From positions 75,258 through 139,257 of the forward strand of contig CAZWVL010000004.1 in NCBI GenBank assembly GCA_964637115.1: a stretch of DNA of 64,000 bases. The letters are read 5' to 3'. Shown one piece after another: positions 17,095 through 25,514 of this stretch. The notes under the pieces are model-generated. The model saw only the letters and a program-made list of their open reading frames with translations, ran no database searches and had not been told where the DNA came from. Positions within the stretch are counted from its first letter, which is position 1. Each line of letters starts with the position of its first letter. Source of the DNA: an uncultured Methanosarcinales archaeon (lineage in GTDB: Archaea > Nanobdellota > Nanobdellia > Woesearchaeales > ARS49). The position numbers and the translations under genes are program-made.

Positions 17095-17904
17095 TCACTT
17101 AAAAGACGGATCTTTCATGCCTTTCCAGGCGGTGTTGAACATTCCTTCCAGTGCCCCTGCAAAGAATGGTGTGTTGACCCAGATGCCGACATCGTAGGTT
17201 GGATGTACTTCCTGGTCGTCCATTATCATGAATACCAGTTCCTTTCCGTCGACGATGCAGAAACGCGCCTTGCTATCTGTATGCTTTACTTCTGCAACGC
17301 TCTGGATGTCTTGTACGGCGTTCTTTGTTTCTTTTGTTAATTGCGCAGCGATGCGGACTTTGACTCCCTTTTTCTTTAATTTTTCAAACACTGGTTTTAG
17401 TCCTTCAACTTTGCGCATGAAGCCTTGCGGTGTCGTCATGATTGTAACGCTTTTTTGCGCGTTGCGGATGACTAGTTCCAAATGTGAATACAAATTGTGC
17501 CGACCGCGTAAGCTTCCGGAAAGTTCTGTTGGCTCAACTAATTCTACGCCTTGTGTGTGCAGTGTGTTTAATTCTCCGAGAACATCTGTTTTCTTGAGGT
17601 CTTCGAGTCTTTTAACACGCTCGTTTGCTTCTTCACTTAAGTTCTTCTTGACTCTTTCAAGGACTTCTCCTGGAGCAACTGCAATGTACTTTATAGGCTT
17701 GCCAAGTTTCATTATGACGAAGCCTTTTCTTTCTAGTGATTCGAGAACATCGTAGCTTCTGCTTCTTGGGACGTTTGCAATGTCGGAAAGTTCGCCTGCT
17801 GTTGCAACGCCACGTGATAACAGTGCTGTCCAGATCTTGACTTCATATAAGTTCAGGACAAAGTAGCGCCTGAGCTTGCTTAAAAATTCTTCCTTGACTA
17901 TCAT
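17095..17904 (-). CDS. TrmB-family transcriptional regulator (paralog 1)
   Basis: wHTH segment LYEVKIWTALLSRGVATAGELSDIANVPRSRSYDVLESLERKGFVIMKLGKPIKYIAV. Strong SD (GGGGGGAGGT) 5 nt upstream of the ATG. Confidence 0.85.
   Translation of the reverse strand: MIVKEEFLSKLRRYFVLNLYEVKIWTALLSRGVATAGELSDIANVPRSRSYDVLESLERKGFVIMKLGKPIKYIAVAPGEVLERVKKNLSEEANERVKRLEDLKKTDVLGELNTLHTQGVELVEPTELSGSLRGRHNLYSHLELVIRNAQKSVTIMTTPQGFMRKVEGLKPVFEKLKKKGVKVRIAAQLTKETKNAVQDIQSVAEVKHTDSKARFCIVDGKELVFMIMDDQEVHPTYDVGIWVNTPFFAGALEGMFNTAWKGMKDPSFK
17650..17835. repeat. Dispersed ~185-bp paralogous block (TrmB wHTH-coding segment), copy 1
   Basis: By-eye alignment to 38243-38428 gives roughly 85% nucleotide identity. 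Differences are mostly synonymous, and 52 aa are identical. Confidence 0.8.
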
Positions 17905-17926
17905 TGATACCTCCCCCCTTTTTGCG

Positions 17927-17961
17927 ACGGGAAGACGGAATTTTCACTCCGGTTTTCCCGT
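17927..17961 (-). other. Hairpin in the leader region upstream of TrmB paralog 1
   Basis: ACGGGAA (17927-17933) pairs with TTCCCGT (17955-17961). An inner CGGA/TCCG stem is present. The hairpin lies just upstream of the SD. Confidence 0.4.
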
Positions 17962-18161
17962 AACACGTTTTTGTTATTCACTTGAGGTAAAACAATTCGG
18001 TATTAAAACTTTTTGGTCGTACTTTTGTAGTAGTCTCTATATTTTTACCCCAAACAGTTACTCCAGCAGGGGATTGCCACTCTGAAGTCACACTTCTGTG
18101 TGAGTGAAGGGATATTTAAGTTTTTAGTGTGTGTAAAAATACGTTTTAGAAGTAGTGATTG

Positions 18162-19217
18162 TTACTCATATGATAGCTTATAGCGTAACAGAGCCGCTAT
18201 TCCGCTTAGTCCGTCGAGTTTCTTGCCTCCTATGTGCTCGCCAGAGATGATTACAACTGTTCCTTTTTGCTTGTCTGTTGTCCTCATTATGCTGTCTACG
18301 CGTGCAAACATATTTTCCTGGCGTAATTTTTGTATTAAAGTGTCCGTAACCAATAACGTTGCTACTGCTCCTGAAATTGCTGCTTCTTCTGTTGCCTTCA
18401 CTCCATAGACTACTGCTCCTTTTTTCGAGATTTCTTCAAGGACCTTTTCTACTAATATCATTTCTTTTGACGCTCTTTCCTGCCGAAGTGCAGTTTGCAC
18501 TTCATCTCTTTTCAACACTTCATCGATTGCTCTTTCATCGACTGATGAACAGGTTGCTTGGATGATTTTTTTCCTGAGAACATCATTTTTCAGGACTTTG
18601 AAGAGTTCTTCTTTCCAGAATGCCGGGCTTGCTAGAATGATGAAATCTAATTTGTACCTCTCATCATATTGTTCAAGCATTTTAATTATCTCTTCGTAGA
18701 AACTTGTCTTCGCCTTAATGCCTGTTCTTTTTTTCTCAACTTCTCCTTCGATATGCGATAGCATTTCCGCGCCTGCTCTTTTCATGCGTGCAAAATATGC
18801 TTCTTCTCGGTCAAATATGCAGATAATGATTTTTGCTGGTTTTGTTTCTGCGGCTTCTGTTAACCTGTCTAACTGGTAGCCGTACCAGTGTTCTTTTTGT
18901 ATGGTTAACGTTGTTCCCGGCTCGATGGCAAAGGTGTGATAGCTGCCGTGCGGCACGTCTTCTGGCCCTTCCAGTATTTTGCCGCTTGCGCGAAGAGCAT
19001 TTGTTGTCTTTGAAAACTCTACTTTTTCAACAGTTAAGGCCATGTATACCATTCTTTTTGTTGCTTCTGCTTCTTCGCTTACTTTGATTTTGCGGGGCGT
19101 TTTGCCTTTTATGGTGTCTCCAAAATCTATCAGCTGTGATAAGTACCATACGTCTTCAGGTGTTTCTACATTCACCTTGACTTCTCCTTGTCTAAGATTT
19201 TTACTAAGTATCTTCAT
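18162..19217 (-). CDS. pelA: Pelota (Dom34-type mRNA surveillance / ribosome rescue factor)
   Basis: MKILSKNLRQGEVKVNVETPEDVWYLSQLIDFGDTIKGKT... and a C-terminal eRF1-like region ...GGKKLDGLSGIAALLRY. Confidence 0.92.
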   Translation of the reverse strand: MKILSKNLRQGEVKVNVETPEDVWYLSQLIDFGDTIKGKTPRKIKVSEEAEATKRMVYMALTVEKVEFSKTTNALRASGKILEGPEDVPHGSYHTFAIEPGTTLTIQKEHWYGYQLDRLTEAAETKPAKIIICIFDREEAYFARMKRAGAEMLSHIEGEVEKKRTGIKAKTSFYEEIIKMLEQYDERYKLDFIILASPAFWKEELFKVLKNDVLRKKIIQATCSSVDERAIDEVLKRDEVQTALRQERASKEMILVEKVLEEISKKGAVVYGVKATEEAAISGAVATLLVTDTLIQKLRQENMFARVDSIMRTTDKQKGTVVIISGEHIGGKKLDGLSGIAALLRYKLSYE

Positions 19218-19289
19218 AGAGAAGAAGGACGTGTAAAAACATTTAAATAGTATTCGATATGGCTATAGAATATCAAAAAAGGTGAATCC

Positions 19290-20447
19290 ATGAACAAGCG
19301 CGGTGATAGGGCACAGGGTGGCGGACCAGCTGCTGCGCTTATTGGAATTATCACCCTGTTGTTCATTTTCTACATATTGTTCCTTCCTCCTGAAGAACGC
19401 AGAGAGCTTTTGGAGGGCGATAACGCTACTTTTGACGAAGAAGGCGGGCTGCTTTTGGATGAAGCTCCTGGCACGCTGACTTTTACGGAAAAGGGCGTGT
19501 TTGACCATAGTATTTCCAATGTTTACCTTGTTGAAACAAAAAATGCCGTTGTCTTGGGTTCTGAAAATCCGTTTATTGTGAAAAAGGGCTGGTTTGGAGA
19601 GCAGACTAAGTCTATGGTTTTCGGCGTTTCTGATATGGAAAATACTGAAAACTTGATGTTGAGTTTCCAGGCGCCTGAAAGAAAGGGCAATCTTGTGATT
19701 GCATTGAATGGCCAGAAGATTTTTGAGAGTGAGGTTAAAGTGCAGAATCCTCCTCCTGTTTTGCTGCCAAAGCCTTTGTTGAAGCCAACAAACCAGCTGG
19801 ACTTTTCCGTTGCTGGAGGTTTCTTTTCGAAGAGGAAGTATTCGTTGTCTGATGTGAAAGTTGTTGGCGATATTACTGATGTTAAGAAGCAGGTTGCCCA
19901 AAATACTTTCACTATTTCTGATACTGAAAAGGAAAATCTTGATACTTCATTCCTTGACTTTTATCCGATTTGTGACCAGCGCACTGTTGGTGTTTTGACG
20001 CTCGAGTTGAATGGCAAAATTATCTTTTCCGCAGCTCCCGCATGTGACAGTTTAAACAGGCAGGACTTGTATGCTGAAGACTTGCGTTCTGGAAAGAACA
20101 CCGTTATTTTCAGGATTGACAGGGGAAGTTATCGTGTTGAGCAGATTCGCGTGAGAACTATTTTAGAACCTGTCAAGGCATACATTGATTTCTTCAATAT
20201 CAAAAGCAGTGTATACAATGACATCTTGGACAGGGAGCGTCAAGTTATTCTAAGGATGGAATTTGTTGATGATGAAAAACAGAAAAGGGCTGAATTAAAT
20301 TTGAACGGCAGAAAGGATGCTATTGACCAGCGTGATAATGTTTATGAGCGCGATGTTAGTTCTTGGATTAAAGAGGGTAGCAACTATATCGAGATTAAAC
20401 CGCTGACTGAGCTTGACGTTGTCAGGCTGGAAGTCCGCGCGGATTAA
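19290..20447 (+). CDS. N-terminally anchored envelope protein with three LNG-type beta-rich repeats (unknown family)
   Basis: 385 aa. Anchor MNKRGDRAQGGGPAAALIGIITLLFIFYILFLPP. Recurring segments LVIALNGQKIF, LTLELNGKIIF and AELNLNGRKDAI. First gene of a five-gene operon. Confidence 0.7.
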   Translation: MNKRGDRAQGGGPAAALIGIITLLFIFYILFLPPEERRELLEGDNATFDEEGGLLLDEAPGTLTFTEKGVFDHSISNVYLVETKNAVVLGSENPFIVKKGWFGEQTKSMVFGVSDMENTENLMLSFQAPERKGNLVIALNGQKIFESEVKVQNPPPVLLPKPLLKPTNQLDFSVAGGFFSKRKYSLSDVKVVGDITDVKKQVAQNTFTISDTEKENLDTSFLDFYPICDQRTVGVLTLELNGKIIFSAAPACDSLNRQDLYAEDLRSGKNTVIFRIDRGSYRVEQIRVRTILEPVKAYIDFFNIKSSVYNDILDRERQVILRMEFVDDEKQKRAELNLNGRKDAIDQRDNVYERDVSSWIKEGSNYIEIKPLTELDVVRLEVRAD

Positions 20448-20449
20448 AG

Positions 20450-22210
20450 ATGCCAAATTGGAAAGCATGGGCCGCTAATCTGGTTGCTCCAGGTTCTGGA
20501 TTTCTTGTAAAGATGGCTGACAAGTTTAAGAAAAAACCTATGATGACTGCTGCAGCGGCTGGTGCTGCCGGCGGCGTTGCTGTGGGTGCAGCTGCTGTTT
20601 ATGCGCGTCCAGAACCGGCTCCTGCGCCTCAACAAGCTCCGGTTTATGCCGCGCCTTCAGGACCGGGCATTACAAGTAAAATTGTTGGTGGCACGTGGCT
20701 CGCATTAAAAGGATTGTTTGGCTCTGTGCTTCCCGAAACTGCTGGCAGGAACATTCTTCGTGCTGTTTTGATTTTAGGTGCTGCTTTGGCGTTTTATGTT
20801 TTGTTGAAAAGATTGGGAATTAGAACTCCGTTTAATGTTTCTTTCATTGTGATTTTCGGCATTGCTGCAGCTGTTTACGAGCTCGCGCCAGAGCCGATTG
20901 GGAAATTATTCAAGTGGGCTTCATTGATTTTCGGAGGATTTGTCGGTTTTTGGGCTTTAGCTATCGGTCCTTTCAGCCCTTCAATTGCAAAATGGGCCAC
21001 ACTCTCGTGGCTCATATTGTATACTGTGCTGTTTTTCTCTATTCTTAGATTCAAGAAAGGAATGATTGTGCTCACGTTCAACGCACTCATTTTTGGCTTG
21101 TTGTTCACGAATTTTTACAATGGCGTGTACGAGGCTGGAACTCCCTTGCATACTGCGTTGCAGGGCCAGCAAAGCGCGTGGAGGGAGTTGTATAGGGATA
21201 TCTCAGGAGCAGGTAAGGAAGCGTATGCTGGATTGGGACGGCAGCTTTATTTTTTCAAACCAGACAGTTATGATCTTGGTGTTGAAGAAAATGCTGCGCG
21301 TCCTTTGGGTGTTTATTTGAAGGATATTGGCGTTACTTCAAAGACAATTTTAATTGATGATAATGTAAATGTGTTTGCCACTTTGAAATCTTTGTCTTTC
21401 AAGACTGATGCTGAACTGAAAATTGATGTTGCTTGTTACGAGGAAGGATTTGAGGATATGCCTGATAAGCGCGGCATTATTACGCCGCTCGCTTCTGTCC
21501 CCTTGAGGGAGGATGAAGAGCAGCCTGTTGATTGCAACATTGATGCTGCCAATCTTGGTATTGGAAGTCATAACATTGCTATTGAGGCAACATTTGGTTT
21601 CCCAACAAGCGCTTATCTGAAAAGCTACTTTATGCTGCAAGATCAGATACGCGCTTACAAAAAACAGCATCCTGAGGAAGAAGCAAATCCATTGGATGCC
21701 TTCGAAATTACTGATAAAAACCCGATTGCGAAGTATACTGGCGGGCCTTTGTACATTGGTATGGGTGCTGGCCAACAGCCGATTCCCCTGCCTTCAGAGA
21801 ATTTTGGCCCGACCTTGACTATAACTCTTGACCGCAATTCTGGCTGGGATGGAGATCTTATAAGTGTGAAAAAGATTACGATTGCTGTTCCTCCTGGTTT
21901 GAAAGTTTCTAAGATTAGCGGCAGGAGTGTGGAGAAGTATTGCCAGATTGTTTCAGAAGAGGATACTTGTGTTCTTGACAAGCCTGAAATTCTTGACAGG
22001 TTATTTCCCCCCGCTGAGAAACCTGTCCACTTGGAGAAGAAGATTCGCGTTGAGACTTTGATTACTGATAAAGCAAAGCTTATGGCAAATGCTCCGCTCG
22101 CGATCAGAAGCTTTAAAGTAACAGCTGATTATGTGTTCCGTATTAAGAAGACATCAGAAAGTATAACTGTGCAGGCGCCAAAAGTGCCTAAGACTGGAGG
22201 CATTGCGTGA
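20450..22210 (+). CDS. Polytopic membrane protein with C-terminal ectodomain related to the downstream lipobox proteins
   Basis: 586 aa. Ala/Gly/Pro-rich N-terminus, about 5 hydrophobic segments (residues ~95-250), then a ~300-aa soluble part. That part has motifs paralleling the paralogs (VACYEEG, GMGAGQQPIPL, TADYVFR). It starts 2 nt after the upstream stop. Confidence 0.75.
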   Translation: MPNWKAWAANLVAPGSGFLVKMADKFKKKPMMTAAAAGAAGGVAVGAAAVYARPEPAPAPQQAPVYAAPSGPGITSKIVGGTWLALKGLFGSVLPETAGRNILRAVLILGAALAFYVLLKRLGIRTPFNVSFIVIFGIAAAVYELAPEPIGKLFKWASLIFGGFVGFWALAIGPFSPSIAKWATLSWLILYTVLFFSILRFKKGMIVLTFNALIFGLLFTNFYNGVYEAGTPLHTALQGQQSAWRELYRDISGAGKEAYAGLGRQLYFFKPDSYDLGVEENAARPLGVYLKDIGVTSKTILIDDNVNVFATLKSLSFKTDAELKIDVACYEEGFEDMPDKRGIITPLASVPLREDEEQPVDCNIDAANLGIGSHNIAIEATFGFPTSAYLKSYFMLQDQIRAYKKQHPEEEANPLDAFEITDKNPIAKYTGGPLYIGMGAGQQPIPLPSENFGPTLTITLDRNSGWDGDLISVKKITIAVPPGLKVSKISGRSVEKYCQIVSEEDTCVLDKPEILDRLFPPAEKPVHLEKKIRVETLITDKAKLMANAPLAIRSFKVTADYVFRIKKTSESITVQAPKVPKTGGIA

Positions 22211-23127
22211 AAAAATTAATTTTACTGCTATTATTACTTGCTGCCTGTCAGTTCCAAGTTCCCACAAAAACAAAGTTTCCTCAGGAAATCCCCGTTTTTA
22301 CAGGAACTACCGCTCTTGAAGCTGCTTTTAATCCTGCTTCGATGAGCAACATTATCATGTGTCAGCAGGCTGATGTTTATGTTGATGTTAAGAATACTGG
22401 CGCATCCAATATTGTTGATGGCACGTTAACTTTCATTACTGAAGATCAGTATTTGATGCCTTTGTCTGAGCGTGTTAGAAAGTTTTCTTTACTTGGAAAA
22501 TCTCAGTTTAATCCTAAAGGTGGTTTTGACCAGGTGAATTTTAAGGTTAAGAATATTGGCATCTTGCCGCAGTTTGAAAGCTATCAGTCCGATCTTATCT
22601 TCCGTGCTTGTTACAAGTACGATACTATTGCTGCTGCGCAGGTTTGTATTGATCCTGATGTCGCTAATTTGAATCCTCGTAAGACTTGTCGTGCAACACC
22701 TGTTGTCTTGCCTGGGGGCCAGGGCGCTCCTGTTGCAGTTACGCGTGTTGAGCCTTTGATGGTTCCTGAGGGCGACCAAATTCATCCTGTGTTCGTGGTT
22801 TATGTTCAACAGCTTGGAAGAGGCGATGTGGTTAAGCCAGAGGGCTCGGAGCTTGCTTGCACTGGTGGTGGCGGGCCTCTTTTGGCAAGTTATGCTTCTG
22901 TACGCGCCTCAATTCAGAACAGGGAATTGAAGTGTGAGCCCAACCCTGTGAGAATTGAGCCTGGCCAGGAATCCAGGTTTATTTGCGAGCGCCAGGACAT
23001 GTTGTTTGGCCCTACTTCAGGCACGTTTAGCACCATTTTGTCAGTTCAGCTTGATTACGGTTACGTAACGAGTGCGTTATTGCCGATGACCATTACAAGG
23101 CTTCCGGGACAGGCGCCATGCAAATAG
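22207..23127 (+). CDS. Lipobox envelope protein, paralog A (unknown family)
   Basis: GTG start in a GTGA overlap with the upstream stop. N-terminus MKKLILLLLLLAAC. Motifs ACYKYDTIAAAQVCIDPD, GGQGAPVAVTRVE, QLGRGDVV and LDYGY are shared with paralogs B and C. Confidence 0.75.
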   Translation: MKKLILLLLLLAACQFQVPTKTKFPQEIPVFTGTTALEAAFNPASMSNIIMCQQADVYVDVKNTGASNIVDGTLTFITEDQYLMPLSERVRKFSLLGKSQFNPKGGFDQVNFKVKNIGILPQFESYQSDLIFRACYKYDTIAAAQVCIDPDVANLNPRKTCRATPVVLPGGQGAPVAVTRVEPLMVPEGDQIHPVFVVYVQQLGRGDVVKPEGSELACTGGGGPLLASYASVRASIQNRELKCEPNPVRIEPGQESRFICERQDMLFGPTSGTFSTILSVQLDYGYVTSALLPMTITRLPGQAPCK

Positions 23128-23160
23128 TTACCAAAAAGTATTTATAAGGTAGTGATTGGA

Positions 23161-24102
23161 ATGACATATATGAAAAAGAGTCTGATGATTATATTTTTGC
23201 TAGTGTTCTTGATTGCCTGTGCGAGGATTGGAAAGAAGGGTGAGCAGCCGCAGCCTCAGGAGTTTCGTTCTGGTACGCAGGGAATTTACATGCAGTTTGT
23301 TCCAAACCTGCCTCCACCTAAAGTGTTTGACCGGGAGCCGTTGAACGTTATGATTCAGATTGAGAACAGGGGTACTGCTATGGTTGGCTCTGTTGGCCTT
23401 GACAAGGTTTACCTTTCTGGTTTTGATAACAATATCATCACTGGTATTCCGATGGATGGTGTTGACATTCCTCAAATGGAGGGTCGTGGTCCTTATATGC
23501 CGCAGGGCGGAATTGATACTGTCAGCTTCAGGGGAATTATCCAACCTTTGGGTGCAAAGAGGATTGACAAGTATCAGCCTACTTTGCTGGCTACTGCCTG
23601 TTATCATTATGAGACAATCGCTAGTGCTCAAGTGTGCATTGATCCTAATCCTTATGCGCCGACAAACATTGTAAAGGTGTGCACGCCTTCCACTGTCGGT
23701 CTTGGCAGCCAGGGCGCGCCGATTGCAGTTACTAGTGTTGAAGTTGTCCCATCGCCTGAGAAAACAAGATTCAAGATTAGCATTTCAAATGTTGGTGGCG
23801 GTGATGTGTTTAGGTCGCGTTACTTAAACGCGTGCAGTCCGTATAGCGGCGGTCTTGGCTTTAATGAAGTTGATTTTGTGAGAGTTGATAACGTCGTTAT
23901 TTCTGGACAAACCATAAAGGATACTTGTAAGCCGTTTAGTGACCGTGAGTTTATTCGTTTGACAAATGGCCAGGCCCAGTTATTCTGCGAGTTTAATGCT
24001 CCTCCTGGTCAGAGTGCGTTCTTGACTCCTTTGGAAATTTGGCTTGATTATGGCTATCGTTCGAGCATTTTCAGGCAGCTCGACATTAGACCTGTTTCGT
24101 AA
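23161..24102 (+). CDS. Lipobox envelope protein, paralog B (unknown family)
   Basis: N-terminus (MTY)MKKSLMIIFLLVFLIAC. Motifs ACYHYETIASAQVCIDPN, GSQGAPIAVTSVE, NVGGGDVF and LDYGY. The track starts at GTG 23152; ATG 23161 or 23170 is more likely. Confidence 0.75.
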   Translation: MTYMKKSLMIIFLLVFLIACARIGKKGEQPQPQEFRSGTQGIYMQFVPNLPPPKVFDREPLNVMIQIENRGTAMVGSVGLDKVYLSGFDNNIITGIPMDGVDIPQMEGRGPYMPQGGIDTVSFRGIIQPLGAKRIDKYQPTLLATACYHYETIASAQVCIDPNPYAPTNIVKVCTPSTVGLGSQGAPIAVTSVEVVPSPEKTRFKISISNVGGGDVFRSRYLNACSPYSGGLGFNEVDFVRVDNVVISGQTIKDTCKPFSDREFIRLTNGQAQLFCEFNAPPGQSAFLTPLEIWLDYGYRSSIFRQLDIRPVS

Positions 24103-24137
24103 CATTTAAATAAGTACATTCTTGATTAAGTTCAAAA

Positions 24138-25082
24138 ATGAGGCGATTGATTGTTATATTGATGTTGGCACTTCTTGTAATTGCTTGTAAGCAGGGCGCT
24201 AAGAAGCAAGTTGACCTTGAAGCTCCATTCTTGGGCGGCTCGCAAGGACTGGCCATAGATTTCCAGGATTTGCGAAAAGACGTTTTTGACGGGGGACAGG
24301 ACCCGTTTGACGTGATTGTCAAGCTTGAAAACAAAGGAGAGGCTTTAGTCAAGAAGGAGAACGTTCAGGTGAAGATTTCAGGCATTAATCCTGTCGAATT
24401 CGGCAAGAGCGAACTTGACTTGGTTAAGAACGCGCCTGATGATGCTATTGAAATGAGAAAAGATCCTCAAGGCGGCACGCTTCCAGGACAACAAGTTTTT
24501 GTAGAATTTGTCGGCTTAAACCATAACGGCCTTATTGCAGGAGCGTCTGCACAATTCCCCTTAAGAGCTGATGTTTGCTATTTGTACCGCACAAGAACAG
24601 TTAGCGAGCTGTGCGTGAGGGAAAATTTGCTGACTCCGAGAGTGGGCGGCATTTGTGAACTCAATGAGGATAAAAAGTTCTTCAACAGTGGTGCGCCTGT
24701 TCAAGTGGTGAACTTCAGGGAATCAACACGCGCCAAAGACAAGATCGGTTTCAGTTTTGAAATTAAGAACATCGGAACAGGCAACGTTTTCCAGAGAAAC
24801 TCGATGTGTGATAGGACTGAGCGCAAGAATGAAAACAGAGTGTTTGTTATCGTTGAAACAGGCCTGAGCGGCTTGCAGTGCACGGGTTTGGAGACTGCTG
24901 GAAGGGGAGCTGAAGGTTTTGTTACATTATATGGCGGCTCTAAGATTGTTTCTTGCTCACAGTCCATCTCATCACGTTCTGATTATGAACAATTGGTAAA
25001 CATCGAAACTATTTATGATTACGAGCAATCAATCCAGTCAACAATTGCGGTGAAGAGTTCTGGTGAAGGAACTTCTGGCTAA
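24138..25082 (+). CDS. Lipobox envelope protein, paralog C (divergent)
   Basis: N-terminus MRRLIVILMLALLVIAC. Motifs DVCYLYRTRTVSELCVREN, NSGAPVQVVNFRE, NIGTGNVF and IYDYE. TATA-like CATTTAAATAAG lies ~25 nt upstream. Confidence 0.75.
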   Translation: MRRLIVILMLALLVIACKQGAKKQVDLEAPFLGGSQGLAIDFQDLRKDVFDGGQDPFDVIVKLENKGEALVKKENVQVKISGINPVEFGKSELDLVKNAPDDAIEMRKDPQGGTLPGQQVFVEFVGLNHNGLIAGASAQFPLRADVCYLYRTRTVSELCVRENLLTPRVGGICELNEDKKFFNSGAPVQVVNFRESTRAKDKIGFSFEIKNIGTGNVFQRNSMCDRTERKNENRVFVIVETGLSGLQCTGLETAGRGAEGFVTLYGGSKIVSCSQSISSRSDYEQLVNIETIYDYEQSIQSTIAVKSSGEGTSG

Positions 25083-25514
25083 ATGCACCGCGATGTTGCA
25101 CTGATTATTTTCTATAAAGATAATAAGATTTTGATACAGGATCGCCGTGATATGAGTAAATTTGGTGAAGAATATGGCTACTTTGGTGGCAGTATTGACG
25201 CTGGTGAAACTCCGGAAGAGGCAGTTATTCGTGAGACAAGGGAGGAATTGTCTTTTGAGTTGAAGGAATTTGATTTTTTCAGAAAGTTTCATCACAAAGT
25301 TCAGGATTTCACTTTAACATTATATGTTTTTGTAGCACCATGCCCATCACTGTCTGCATTCAAACAAAAAGAGGGTCAAGGCATGATTCTAGTTACGGAA
25401 AAGGAAGGTCAGCAGTTGAAAATGCCTTCGCATGCTGAGAAAAATGGCGGAGATTATGAGATAATGCGGGAAGTTTTTACTTGGTTACGCGCCAGCAAGA
25501 ACAAACTGCGCTAA
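25083..25514 (+). CDS. Nudix hydrolase
   Basis: Nudix box GGSIDAGETPEEAVIRETREELSFE. The start is fused to the upstream stop (TAAATG). Confidence 0.85.
   Translation: MHRDVALIIFYKDNKILIQDRRDMSKFGEEYGYFGGSIDAGETPEEAVIRETREELSFELKEFDFFRKFHHKVQDFTLTLYVFVAPCPSLSAFKQKEGQGMILVTEKEGQQLKMPSHAEKNGGDYEIMREVFTWLRASKNKLR

Noticed and set aside
19263-19912. 212-aa and 129-aa minus-strand ORFs
   Set aside because: They are antisense to the first gene of the envelope operon, which has a clear anchor, repeats and operon context. The products are low-complexity and basic.
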